From: Nymphaea colorata
Lineage: Eukaryota
NCBI RefSeq assembly: GCF_008831285.2
Contig: NC_045138.2
Location: 5,642,001-5,706,000 of the forward strand
Direction of reading: 5' to 3'
Length of the DNA stretch: 64,000 bases
Shown here: positions 37,622-51,799 of the stretch, piece by piece
Layout: each line of letters starts with the position of its first letter
Numbering within the stretch: position 1 is the first letter of the stretch
Notes under the pieces: model-generated
Seen by the model: only the letters and a program-made list of their open reading frames with translations
What the model was told of the DNA's origin: nothing
Database searches by the model: none
Made by a program: the position numbers and the translations under genes

Positions 37622-40456
37622 ATGGATTCCATCAGGCTGGTAGCAGAGGGTTTAGCAGCTCTGCTCGCTCTTTTCTTCATCTGCAATATTTGGCAAAAGA
37701 AGAAAAGAGAAGCAAGAGGCCGACTACCAGAACCGGGCGGTCGTTGGCCAATAGTCGGACACCTTGGCCTGCTGACGGGAACCACACCTCTCTATAGAAC
37801 TCTCGCTGCTCTTTCAGAGAAGCTGGGGCCTCTCTTCAGTCTCCAATTGGGACAAAGGCGTGCCATTGTGGTGAGCAGCATGGACCTCGCCAAGGAGTGC
37901 TTCACTGTCAATGACCGAGCCTTTGCCGGTCGGCCTCAGCTAGAAGGTTGGAAATGCCTTGGCTACAATCGTGCCATGTTCGTATTCAGCCCATATGGAC
38001 CTTACTTTCTTGAACTCCGCAAGATCGTCGCCAACAAGCTGCTCTCAAGCCAGCAACTCCGACTGGTCAAACACATCCAGGTCGACGAAGTGGGTTCCTT
38101 GGTGCAGCGATTGTATCGCAGTTGCAGCAACCTTGAGCCGGTTGAGATGAACCATCATTTGACCTGGTTGGCTATGAACATCGTCCTCAGGGTGGTCGCC
38201 GGAAAACGGTACTTTGATTTAGGCGGTGAAGGAAAAGAGTTTAGAGAAGCTCTCGGTGAATTTAACAATCTAGTTGGTACGTTCACCCTCTCTGACGCGA
38301 TCCCGTGGCTGGGGTGGCTAGATCTGAGTGGCCACCTGCAGGCCATGAAGAGGGTTCACCAGAAGATGGATGAAGTTGCCTCGGCTTGGCCTGCAGAGCA
38401 CCGCCGGAAGGAGTCCAGTGGCGCCGGTGAGGAGAGTGACTTGATGGACGTGCTCATTAAAGAATTAAAAGACGGCCACTTGTCGGAAAATCATCAAACT
38501 GACGCTATAATTAAGGCCACCGCTACGGTGCGTTACCACCTCTCTCTCTTTTCCTCTTTTTTTTTCCTAAGGTAAAACTTGAGAGATTTTGACAATAAAA
38601 AAATATGTGCATAACATACATGCTTGGCGTTTGACAGATTGCATCTAAGATTCATAGGACTTGAAAACCGTGGTTTTAGATCTGACTTTTCTCTTTCAAT
38701 CTTAATTCTAACCTTTAAGCTTTCGACATAGAGAAGTAAAATAAGAATGTCAAGTATGAATCTTAGGTCGCATGATTCTTTTGTCATATCAACAAAAGCA
38801 AACCACGTCAGGTTCATGTGAGATTTATGAATTTTGAGAACTGAAGTAATAAACTCCCCTGAAGTTTAATTTTCTAATGGTTAATTACCAAAAATCTGGG
38901 TGACCGTGCTTTTTTCTATTCTAAATATTTCAGATTCTTCTTACTAACAGATTTGGATATTTGCTTCTTTTGGTGATTTAGTTTGAAGCATGTTTTATAA
39001 CTTTAAGCATTTCTTGCCAAACCAAGCTGATTAAGTAAACGTTTTACCACCCTATTTAAACTGATAAGATTTTGGGTCCTTCTCATCGCCTAATTTCTGT
39101 TTGCAACATGGGAAGCCAAAAAACTAAGAGAAATGAGAGTATCATATATACACAGTATATTAATACTAGAAGAGTTTTTCGGTTGTGCTTGATTCCACAT
39201 GGATCTTAGATCTAAGGAATCACAAATCCATGATAGATAAAATCCACATTTCAATCAAATTGTGAGCTTCCCATGATAGATAAAATCATGGCCCCTGATT
39301 TTAAATCTTCAAGATTGGAGATCCATATATTTAAGAGAGCTTCCCCACAATCTTAAATCAGGCATGTTTTTATAGTTTATATCCGAGGGGTGTTTGATAG
39401 CCTCAGATTTGAAATTCAAGGTGATTTGGGTTCATTGGGAATCTCAAATCTACATGCGTTAGGTCAGATCCGACATCAATTGTAAGGTTTTATTTATAAA
39501 CTAAGGATCTCAGTTCTTCTTTTTCACATAATGGCAAAATCTAGGGTTTGTTTATGTTGTAGTTCTACATAAAAGGGATATTAGATCAGCCTCTGAACTG
39601 GGATCTCATGCTACCAGCCACACATTTAGTAGTTTCCGTAAAGTTCAAATGGCTTTTCACTGAATGTTCTTTGCTCTATATACATTTAAATCATTCCTCT
39701 GATAACAAATAAAAGAAATTGCTCCATACCTACTTTTTATTCATGTTTGCTTGTAGCACTTTCAATTCTCTAGCATCAGTAAAGGGCATAGATCTGTTTA
39801 CTACCAATCTCCATTGTAATGAATTATTCCAGGTTTTGGTAGTAGCCGGGACAGAGAGCACGGCAGTCACACTTGAGTGGGCTCTCTCTCTCTTGCTAAA
39901 TAACCCACATCTCTTAAAGAAAGCCCAAGATGAGTTAGACTGCCAGGTCGGCAAAGAGCGACAAGTGGATGAATCAGATCTCAGTAACTTGCCTTATTTG
40001 CAAGCTATAGTCAAAGAGACAATGCGCCTACACCCAACCGGACCACTTTTGGTCCCACACGAGTCAACGGAACCAGTTCAACTTGGTGGGTTCGAGGTGC
40101 CGGTTGGCTCAATCCTGTATGTTAATGTGTGGAAGATTCATCATGACCCGACATTGTGGATCGACCCAGAAGAATTCAAGCCAGAGAGGTTCTTGAGCAG
40201 CCGCAATGTGATGACCGGCTTTGGTGGTCAGGACTTTGCGTTCTTGCCATTTGGATCGGGAAGGAGGATCTGTGTTGGCCGGCGGATGGCCATGCAAGTT
40301 CTTAACCTAACTTTCGCATGCTTGCTGCAGAGCTTTGAATGGTCTACACCCATGAATGAGCCGGTTGACATGACCGTGGGACATGGCCTAACCCTGCCCA
40401 AAGCAACTCCGCTTAGAGTACTTTTGAGGCCCCGTCTCCCACCCCACCTCTATTAG
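37622..40456 (+). CDS. CYP82: Cytochrome P450, CYP82 family (CYP71 clan), copy A4; join(37622..38527,39833..40456), 509 aa
   Basis: Open frame across a phase-0 GT..AG intron (1305 bp) at IIKATAT|VLVVAGTEST. Has membrane anchor, Pro-rich hinge, KETMR, FKPERF and PFGSGRRICVG. The VVSS..AKECFT.ND..FA.RP and LGYN.AMF.FSPYGPY motifs are typical of CYP82. Subfamily not assignable by eye. Confidence 0.9.
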
Positions 40457-43400
40457 TTACTTGTTTTTAGTATTAGTTACTTGTTTTTAGTGTATGCTAT
40501 AACATTACCAATAATATGGCAGGTTCATGGTTTCATTTTTGAGAATAAACTTTTCCAGTTGAATTCAAAATGAATAAAGAGGTGATAAGAAATTGGAATG
40601 TTAGAGAAAAGGAAGTTCTGGGTGTTGCATGTTAATTGATCATGTTGGGGTGTCTGAATAGGTAATGAGTTTCAAGGAGTATAGTGTAGCTGGTTGGATT
40701 AGTGGATCAGTCAAAACATAGTCAATTTCAAATTGAATTCTTGTGGATGCTACTTTTTTTGTCTTAAAACTACCGTAGACACTACTCTCTAAGTTGATGG
40801 AAGCAACCATAAGCTCATCTGGGTGAAGTTTAAGGTATTTCAACCTCTCACCTCAGCGGTGGGTTCCCTCCTGCGCACCCAAACTGAATAAATAACGACG
40901 GAAGTGGGGTGAAACAGTTTGTGATGCATATTTTAATTTGAAATTGATGCATGGATTGGTGCGGTGCCACAAATTAATCTATAGTTCTGCAGAATCAATT
41001 TCTTATGATGGGGTGACCTATGAAAAATATAAATTGAAGGAAAAAAAGTATTCAAAACATTCTGTCTGTCTTATCCAAGCTCGCACACATCGTAAAAGTA
41101 CTATGTCTCATGATTGTTGTTGCACATATGGTCGAATGAGGTATATTTGATGGATTTTTGTGATATTATCGCCGCCATGTTTGATTGGCTGAGCTATACA
41201 GTATGAAAATTTAAAGGAAAACACGGTAACATTCTGGAAATCGCGAAATAAAATTGGCACACGTTGGCCAGATTTTGAGCGCTGATAGGTAAAATTAAAG
41301 CAGAGAACAACTAGTTTTTTAGTAATAATATAAAACAATTTTTAACATAACCGTTGGGTTAGATCACCTCATTGTGGAGGATCCTATCCAAACCCAGGTG
41401 GAAGGTGAAAAGGCTTTTTTTTGCACTCGTACTTGAGTGGAAAGCATTGAAAAGATGCAAATAAGAAACAATTTTGTGGATTGAAATTACAAAGTTTAAA
41501 TAGAAGAGGGAAGAAAAGGGGGATTGGATGTTTTTATGTGATTCTTGGCTTGGGGTTTTCTTCTTCGTTGCTTGGGGTTTTTATGTTCTCTACTCACTGG
41601 AAACCCAGATGGGGTACAAGTAAACCCTTCAATTTGAGGGTTGCGATTCAAACTTTTACATCCCAAGAATGTAGCACTCATGGGAACTGAATGACATATC
41701 TTCTAATCATCTACTTATCCGATGAACTATACTATGTCCCTTAAATCTATTGGGTGGAGTTTTTCAGTTGCTAACGGAGGAATTTTAATGTTTTTTTGTT
41801 TTTACCATATTAAAATTATACATTGTTGAAAAATCATCACTAACATGGTATGATATGATAAAACAGCCAGAGACATATTTAATGCTTGTGAGCTGTGGGA
41901 ACTTCCCCTCAACCCGTATTAGACATGTTTCCCCACGGCCTGACGGCCCCCCCTAGAGGGAGGAGAAGGCCCCACTGGCCACCACCGGGGCCCACATGTC
42001 ATGTGGGAGAGGAGCCCATTAAATAAGCTCTTACCCCACTCTAAACACTCATAGAACTTTACTGCTTTTACCCCACTCTAAACACTCACAGAACTTTACT
42101 GTCTAGATTTTCTGTCTCATGATTGTTTTCTCTATTGTCCAAATCATTATTGGCTTGATTTTCTATCTCATGATTGTTTTCCCTATTGTCCAAAATATCA
42201 TGAAATATGTGAAGGAGTTTTATCTGCATATCAATTATTATCAATGGCACATCTAAACTTTTTAACCATATAATAGCCCTTTTTTTGCTTCACTTGTAAA
42301 TTTCTAAAAGGAAAGGGAAAGGAAAAAGAAAAAAGAAGAGAAAATCTTCAAATATTATAAGGAGGGTCGAACAATGTTCTTTTGAAAAGTCTAATTAGTT
42401 GGGTGGGAAATGAATTGACCCTGCTGCTGCTTTTGGAGGCATGTTTTTGGTTCCCCATCTGGTTGTTGGTCATAAGTCTTTTTCTGTTATTTAATGTAAG
42501 GAAGATGTAAACTTTTTCAGATTCAGGTAATCTAAAGTACATTGAAAATTGAATATGTTTAAATTCAATATTAACAAAAAGAAAATCAAAATCATATTTT
42601 AATTATTTACATCCTTAAATTAAACAAAAAAAAAATCTCGTGTCTCTCTTGAGGGTCGTAACAGAAAACATTATTTTTGAAAAATATATATCAAAATAAA
42701 GAAGAAATAATACATGAATAGTCAAGTAAGATGACCTGATAATGTAAAATTTTGAGGGGAAATTAGCATGAGATTCAGTGACCATTGAAGGGGGGAAAAT
42801 ATAAAAAAGCTTTATTGACCTTTTCCCCATAATTAGATTTGACCTAGAAAAGAAAAAGAAAAAAATTGTTTAAAATGAAAACTGATATTCTGTACAATTT
42901 TCTCATACTATATATGTACAAAAATTTAGTTTTGTATTTAAGATTATGAGGGATCTTCAAGGGCTTATAAAGGAGGTCATTACTAAATGGTTGTTCTGGT
43001 TCTTACCCATTTTCTGGGTAGAAGCTCAAACTGCTATGGGGCGAGTTAGGATCCGTCGAACCAAAGGTCCCAAGCCCAACAGTGGGTCGGGTTGGTACAA
43101 AAGTCGTCATCATTGTCCTGCGGTAATCTCTTGTGGGGTCGCCAAGATCTTGAAGTCCAATTATCAAAGAACCCCATTTTAAGAAATTGGGGCACGTATT
43201 GACGTAAAATATTAGAATAAACCGGTCATAGCATCTACGTTTGATAATAGAAAAAAATGAATGGCGGTCATAGCATCTACATTTGATAATAGAAAAATCA
43301 ACATTACAACATTTTTCACGTAAAAACAAGTTGATGCAAAGCATGTGTTATATCAAAGTATTTTGACAAATATATTAGGATGGTTATTTTATATTTAAAA

Positions 43401-43514
43401 CAACTTTTTAATGAAAAAATTGAAAGGTTTGTTTCTTTTTTGCTCTGTTTGGTGTTATATATATACAAACATAGCTACCGAGCACCAAGTCTGCAAAATA
43501 CCATCATCACATCC

Positions 43515-46500
43515 ATGGATTCCATAGAGCTGGTAGCAGAGGGTATAGCAGCTCTTCTTGCCCTTTTCTTTCTTGAGAGTGCGAGAAAAGAGTTTTGTGT
43601 GTTGTTCCTAACAACTGGTATCAGAGCCAGGTTCGTTCGCGATAGAAACAATGGCATTGGAAGAAAGAAAAGTCAGAATCGAGAAGTTCGACGGTAAAGA
43701 TTTTGGATTCTGAAAGATGCAGATCGATGACTTCTTGTATCAGAAGAAACTGCATGAACCACTCATGGAAGCGAAGCCCACAACAATGGCTGACGCAGAT
43801 TGGCAGTTGCTGGATAGACAAGCCCTTGGAGTCATCCGGTTGACGCTGGCCAGAAACGTCGCCTTCAACATTGTTAACGAGAAGACGACAGGAAGTCTGA
43901 TGAAGACGCTAACAGATATATACGAAAAAACATTTTGCTACGAATAAGGTATATTTGATGCATCGATTATTTAATTTGAAAATGGCTGAAGGTGTCTCTG
44001 TTATGGATCACATAAATGAGTTCAATGTTATTACTTCTCAATTGTGTTTTGTGGATATTAAATTTGATGATGAGGTTCAAGCCCTAATTTTGCTGTCATC
44101 TCTATCGAAGAGTTTGAGTGCCACTGTGACCGCCGTTAGTAGTTCATCGGTGTCAAGTAAATTGAAGTTTAGTGGTGATCGAGATTTAATACTTAGTGAG
44201 GACATTCGTAGAAGAGAGACAGGAGAACCTCTCGATCTGCCATAAATGTTCATAACAGGAGCAGAACTAGTCAACGCTACCAAGACCGTAGAAGGTCCAA
44301 ATCTAAGAGAATGAGTCAATCCAAACCTTGAAGTGATGGTTGTTGGAACTGTGGTAAGCGAGGACACCAAAAAAGAGACTGCAGGTTATTGAAAAAGAAA
44401 AACACAAATCATGAGGATGATACAGAAAAATGCAGCAACAGAAGATATAGGTGATGCACTTGCTTTGAATATACACAACTCTATAGAGTCTTGGATTTTA
44501 AACTCTAGTGCATCTTTTTATTAAACATATTCTAATGAAAGTATGCACAACAACTATGTTGCAGGAAAATTTGACAGAAAATATTTTGCAGATGATGAAC
44601 CTCTGGATATTGTAGGGAAATGTGAGGTTCACATTAAAATGCAAAATGAACATGTATGGAAGTTAAAAGATGTCAGACATGTCCCAGAGTTGAAGTCCCA
44701 GAGTTGAAGAGGAATCTCATTTCAATCGGGCAATTAGATGACGAAGGCTATGTTACTATCTTTGTTAGCGGATCTTAGAAGATAACCAAAGGTGCTATGG
44801 TTATAGCACGAGGTCACAAATTTGGCACATTGTACATAACTGCAGATGTGAAAGACACAGTGGTTGTGGCGAAATGTGAGAATAGATCCTTGTTGTGGCA
44901 TTGCAAGCTTGGGCATATGAGTGAGAAGAGAATGAAGATCATGACAACAAATAACAAGTTGCATGACTTGAAATCTGTAGACATTGGGCTATGTGAAGAC
45001 TGTGTCTTCGGGAAACAGAAAATTGTCACTTTCTCCAAAGTTGGACGACCTCCTAAGAAGGAAAAGTTAGAATTTGTGCATACTAATGTTTGGAGACCTG
45101 TTCTAGTTCGTTCTCTTGGAGGATCCTTATACTATGTCACAATCCTTTCTGATTGTATCAGAAAGGTGTTGGTCTATTTTCTCAATCTGACGTGTTTAAT
45201 GTTTTTAAAAGGTATAAAGCAGAAGTAGAAAATCAGACTACAAAGAAGATTAAGTGTCTACGGTCAAACAATGGTGGTGAGTATGACAGCAAAGAGTTTA
45301 AAGACTTTTGTGCAGATCATAGGATTCGAACACAAAGGACAATCCCTAAAAAACCACGACAAAATGGAGTTGTAGAAAGAATGAACAGAACCCTTTGTGA
45401 AAGAGCAAAGACCATGAGACTGTATTCAGGCTTGCCAAAGATTTTTTGGGCTGATGCAATCAATACAGTTGCATACTTGACAAATTATGGGCCTTTTGTT
45501 CATTTAGACTATGGGATACATGAAAAAGCCTGAATCGGTAAAGAGGTAAACCTTGCATACTTACGAGTCTTTGGTTGTGTCTCTTACATACATATAGACT
45601 CGAATAAAAGTGATAAATTAGATCTAAGCCCAGAAAATGTTATTTCATTGGTTATGGAAATGATGAGTTTGGATATTATTTTCAATATGATAAAGCGAAG
45701 AAAATTATTTGACATAATGACATAGTGTTCAATGAAATGGCTCTGTACAAAGACAGTGATAGTCTTATGTCTGATAAGATGAACATCATGACACAAATGA
45801 AGACATTGTAGAACTTCAAAATGTCTGTGAAGATGATGTTGCAATTAAGACTCAAGATAAAAACAGTCAGATGGAACAAGAACCAAACACATCCCAACCT
45901 CCATTGAGGAGATCAAGTAGAAGACCAAAACCAAATCGAATATATTCTCCTTATTTATATTACTTACTGTTAACTGATGTCGGAGAACACGAGTGTTTTG
46001 ATGAAGCAATGCAGGTTACAGATTCAATTAAGTGAGAGTCAACTATGAAAGAAGAGATGGACTCTTTACATGCTAACAGAACATGGAAACTAACTGAGCT
46101 TCCTTGTGGAAAGAAGTCATTGCAAAACAAATAGGTATACAGGATTAAAGAAGAAGCAGCTGGAAGAAAAAAGTATAAAGCAAGGTTAGTAGTGAAAGGT
46201 TTTCAACAAAAAGAAGGTATAGATTATACAGAAATTTTCTCTCTTGTTATTAAACTAACTACTATAAGATTGGTATTAAGTTTAGTTGCAGCTGAAAATT
46301 TATATTTGGAGCAACTAAATGTAAAAAATGCATTCTTTCATGAGGATTTGGAGAAAGATATTTATATGATGCAACCTGAATGTTTCTAGGTACAAAAAAA
46401 TGAAAGCCTTGTATGCCAGTTAGAGGAGAGTCTCTATAGTTTAAAACAGGCACTAACATAGCGGTAGAAAAAGTTTGATAACTTTACGGGAAGAAATGCC

Positions 46501-48947
46501 TTTAAGAAGTGTGATATGGATCATTGTTATTATTTTAAGAACTTTGATAGTTGTTATATAATTTTACTATTATATATGGATGATATGCTTATTGCATGCT
46601 CAAATTTGCAAGAGATCAATTCTTTGAAAGAACAACTATCAAAGAAGTTTGAAATGAAAGATCTAGGTGCTGCGAAACAAATCCTTGGGATGAGAATAAG
46701 TAGGAACAGTAAGACAGACACCTTAAATTTGTCTAAACAAAATTATATTGAGAAGATCTTGTGCAGGTTTAAGATGCAAAATGTCAAACCTATTAGTACG
46801 CCGCTTGCTAGTCATTTCAAATTGTCCAAGGATTTGTCACTCAAGACAGATGAAGAGCATGAAAAAATGTCAAGGATAAGAACTTTAGGTATGAGTCTTT
46901 GTTTTAAGAAAAATGAATTTCTTTTGCATGGCTTTGTGGATGCATATTTGGGTGGTGGTCTTGACAGCAGGAGAAGCACCACTGGGTACATTTACACCAT
47001 AGGAAGAACCTGTGTTAGTTGGGTTTCACAGCTTCAAAAAGTTGTTGTGTTGTCTACTACTGAAGTTGAATATATTGTAGATACAAAAGGCAGTAAAGAG
47101 ATGATTTGGCTAAAAAGTATTCTAAAAGAATTGAATGTAAAGGAAGAGAAGTGTTCTCTCTTATGACAGTCAAAGTGCAATTCATTTAGCCAAGAATTCA
47201 GTGTTCCATGCTAAAACAAAGCATATTGATTTGAAGTATCATTTCATTAGAGATTTATTGGAAGAGAAGATACTATCTGTTGAAAAGATTCGTGGAACAG
47301 AGAATCCAACAGGCATGTTGACAAAGTCAGTGACTGCTAAGAAACTGAGGTTATGTTTAACCTTAGTTGGTCTCCAAAGTTGATTGATGATAAGGCATCG
47401 CACAGGTTGAGTATGTGATATACAAGCACTTGATCTATAGTGCGAGATTGTTGATGTATGGAACTTGATCTATACTGGACACTCATATACAATGTCGTGG
47501 ATCCAGTGGTGCTTCTCCTGCTTAGAGGCTCGTGCTTTTTTTTTATGTAAAGACATTTATGTCATTTTGTATAAATGCAGGTTTGCCCTAATCCTTATGT
47601 TGTGAGGGAGACTATAGTTTCTTCTTTGGTCTTCTCTCTGAGAGTGAATAGTGAAAGATCTGTGCGACCGTGAACGTAAGAGATATTGCTCTGAACCACG
47701 TAAATCTTTGTCTTTTTCCTTGTTGTTTTTATCCCTCTCTTGAGAGTGCGAGAGGAGAGTTTTATGTGTTGTTCCTAACACCTTCGCCGGTCATCCGTCG
47801 TTAGAAACTTTTGAACACCTTGGACATCGTCCTCAGGTCACTTGGAAACGGTACTTTGATTTGGACGGTGAATGAAAAGAGTTTAGTGAAGCTTTGAATG
47901 AGTTTGTCAATCTACTTGGTACGTTCATCGTCTCTCCTCAAAGCCATGAAGAGCGTTCACCTTAAGATGGATGAAGTTGCCTCGGCTTGGCTTGCAACCA
48001 CCGCCGGAAGAAATCCAATAGCGCCAGCGAGAAGAGAGACCTGATTGACGTGCTCATTGCGGGAATTTCCAAACGTCAAACTTGAGATATTTTGGCAGTA
48101 AAAAAAAATATACATAACATACTTATCGTGCGTTTGACAGTTTGGATTTCAGATTCTTTTGTCACATACCACGCCAGGCTTATATGAGATTTATGGATTT
48201 CAGACCCGAAGTAATCAAACTCATCTTTTGTTTTTCTAATATTTAATTATCAAAAAGTTTGGTCGCCATGTCTATTTAATATTTTGGATTTTTCTTACTA
48301 ACCGATTTTGATGTTTGTTTCTTTTTGTGATTTAAGTTATTTTTTTATAACTTTCACCATTTTCTTGTCATTTTAGCTTGTGCCATCACCTTGCCAACTA
48401 TTTAACCAGATTTCTTTCCATCGAGCTCTCATCATCCTTACCAAATTTCATATTTTTATTTTGTAACTTCTTTTTAGAAAATTTTCTAAGACATCCTTAA
48501 AAATAATTAAAAGAAAAAGACACTTAACCTGAACTTTCATATTGCTAAAAATACCCTTAGGCTTCGCACTACTAATAAAAAGCTTTTTTTTTTCAAAAAG
48601 GCCACAATTTCTAAGCAGATTTGTTAATTTGTATTATTTTTTTACTGCTTCGATAACATTAATGCATGATTAGTTATATCTAAATGACTTTGTTTTCTAT
48701 CTATATACTTAAAACAATTATAAAATTTTTTTTGTTAGCGTTATAATGATTTTGAAGGAAATTAAACCTAAATACAATTAATTTACTTGTCAATTTAGCA
48801 AGAAAAGCAGAGACATTCCCCTCTTTCCATTGCCTTCAAGGTGCAAGGTTGTTTTTGGTCCTTAAGATGCTCCTACACGAATCAAACTGACGATCAGACA
48901 ACAATCTGTCAATCCGACCAACTACAGTCTACACACAATTGATGCAC

Positions 48948-48987
<40 letters not shown>

Positions 48988-50083
48988 ATACAAAAAGTGA
49001 AAACATATAGGTTGCGTTTATTTCACCATGGATTTGAGATTCTCTGTGATCTGATATCCCTAGGATCTCAAATCCATGAATTTAAGATCATATATCTCTT
49101 CCTCCCTCTCTCCCCCACCCAAAAAAAAAAACTGATCTTAAATTAATGGTTTTGAATAAGGATGTGTGGTTCTCTTTGATTTCAAATTCTCGAGATTTGA
49201 GAACTATGGATCCTCGTGATTTGAGACCTATAGGTTTATTATCAGACCCCCATCCAATTTTATATTTAAAAGGCGTTTGATTGCCTTGGATCTGAAATTT
49301 GAGGTGATTTGGGATCATTGTGAATCTCAAATCCACATTTTTTGCCTCACACCCCCTCAAATCTCAAATTCTTCTTTTTCACATATTGGTAAAAATCTAG
49401 TGTTTGTTGGTCTTACACAAAAGGGACTTTACTGATGGCCCTTTACTTCCTCTGATAACAAATCACACTTGAGTGGCCTCTCTCTCTCTCTCTTCACAAC
49501 ACCACATATCTTAAAGAAAGCCCAAGATGAATTGGACTACCATGTGGGCAAAGACCAACAAGTGGACGAATCAGACATCAACAACTTGCCTTACTTGCAG
49601 GCCATAGTCAAAGAGTCAATGCCCCTATACCCAGCAACACCGCTTTTGCTCCCACACGAGTCAATGGAACCCATTCAACTTGGTGGGTTCGACGTGCCAG
49701 TTGGCTCAACGCCGTTCGTTAACGCGTGGAAGATTCATCGCGACCCGACATTGTGGACGGACCCAGAAGAGTTCAAGCCAGAGAGGTTCTTGAGCAGCAA
49801 CAATGAGATGACCAGCTTTGGTGGTCAGGACTTTGCCTTCTTGCCATTTGGGTCAGGAAGGAGGTTCTGCATTGGCTGGCGGATGGCCATGCAATTTATT
49901 CACTTAACTTTGGCACGCTTGCTGCAGGGCTTTGAATGGTCTACGCCCATGGATGAGCCGATTGACATGACCGAGGGACATGGCCTAGTCCTGCCCAAAG
50001 CAACTCTGTTTAGAGTCCTTTTGAGGCTTCATCTCCCTTCTAGTGTGTGCTATAATATTTCCAATGATATGGCAGATTCATAA
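43515..50083 (+). pseudogene. CYP82: CYP82-like paralog B, copy B5, split by copia (5' stub 43515-43570; 3' part 47781-50083)
   Basis: MDSIELVAEGIAALLALF stub fused to the LTR end; exon-2 ORF 49469-50083. Confidence 0.9.
43571..47780 (+). mobile_element. Ty1/copia copy C5 (3' LTR 47449-47780)
   Basis: Collinear with C2, which it most resembles. Confidence 0.95.
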
Positions 50084-51799
50084 TTTGAAACGAAGAATGA
50101 GGTCATAAGAAATTAGAATGTTAGATAAAAGGAAAATTGTGGATGTTGCATGTTAATTAATTGATATCAGTTGGGGTGTTTGAATAGGTAATAAGTCTCA
50201 TTTCCAAAGGGTTTGCTGCAACGGCCGGGGCAGCGGATTGTAGGCGGCCAGTTCCTTCAATTATTTTTCCATTTTTAAGAAATGAGTAAAAACTTTTAAA
50301 ATATCTGTAGAAAATTTTACTACCAATAATAATTCTGTAATCAATAGCGTCACGTATGTGATTTCTGTATGCATAGTTCCATGGATGGACATTCCATTTC
50401 AATATACGTAATGTTATTCTGGAAACAAATTACAATGCATACAGAAACATTCATTTAGATAATAAAATAAGATAACATTTTCACGATAAAATACTAAAGT
50501 AGTAGTGATCTAAAGGGAGCTTAAAAGTGAACAAAAGAAGTACCATCTAGATCTATCCAACCATTTACGTTGCCTTTGATTACAGCAGATTTGATATCCA
50601 CTGTTTTTAAATCCGAACCCAAATCCAATTTCAAATTCACACTTTTATACCAAACTGGGGATTTAAAAGACTAACAAGAAGCAGCTCTTGGCAAGACGGA
50701 ACATATACCTCCCAAAATAATCCCGCATAGATTTTTCTTGCACCACAGAGTTTGTGGCTTTTTTTTTTTTTGCGTATTCAGGTGTAAAAATGACTCATCT
50801 ATAAAAGAGACAATCCTACAAAGATAAAAGATGGAAAGTGGAAGATATAAAGTCCTCAATATGTTTGTTTTCTTTTTTGAAAACGGCAAAAATGTCCCTA
50901 TGCCTTTTCTGGTGTGCATTTATTGCATGCACTAGGGTGGTGCTCACAACTGGATCCACCTAGTTCTTTTGTGGTTGGCTTTCTAATGTGTGCAAAATTT
51001 TTTAATGTCTACATAAATTAAAGCACATTCATATTTAATATTGTCATAGTGTCCCATTAATCTACTCCATAGATTCATGGGATCATGACACATTGCTCAT
51101 ATTATCAAATGGTCTCAATCTGGTCCACAGGAATGATGCGGCTGTCGTGGATTATATGGTTCTAACAATTCAATCAGTCTCCAAAATATCATATTGCAAA
51201 CGATAGAAGAATGCTATTGGTAGTAAAGTCTAAGTCTAAGAAGGAGGCTACCATCATTGTCCTATAGTGATCTCTTGTGGGGTGGACAAGATCTCCAAGC
51301 CCAATCATCAAAGAAACTCATCCATATATGAGGAATATTGGTATAAACCAAACAAATAGGTCAAGGACAAAAACCAAACCTTTAACTATGATGTTTAAAG
51401 CGTTTTTTTGGAAGTATAACCGTACCAATATGATATTAAGGATAGGTAATATGATATTAAGAATAGGTTGATGTGAAATATATATTAAGTTGATCCATTT
51501 CTAGGTTTTAATAGTGTTTTTATGACAAGAAAATAAATGAATGGCTGTCATAGCGTCTACATTTTGATAATAGAAAAAACAACATTTTTGGTGTGTAAAA
51601 ACAAGTTGATTCAAAGCACGTGTTATATCAAAATATTTTTTTATAAATATATTAGAATGGTTATATTTTATTTAAAATAACTTTTTAACCAAAAAATTAA
51701 AATGTTTATTTCTTTTTTTCTCTTACCTAAGTGTTTTGTGGTATATATATACAAACATAGCAACCAAGCACCAAGACTGAAAATACCCTCACCACATCT

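Noticed and set aside
39719..39832. ORF start MLHTYF... (also 6551, 17309, 30524, 52813)
   Set aside because: Intron sequence read through to the AG acceptor; TTG start.
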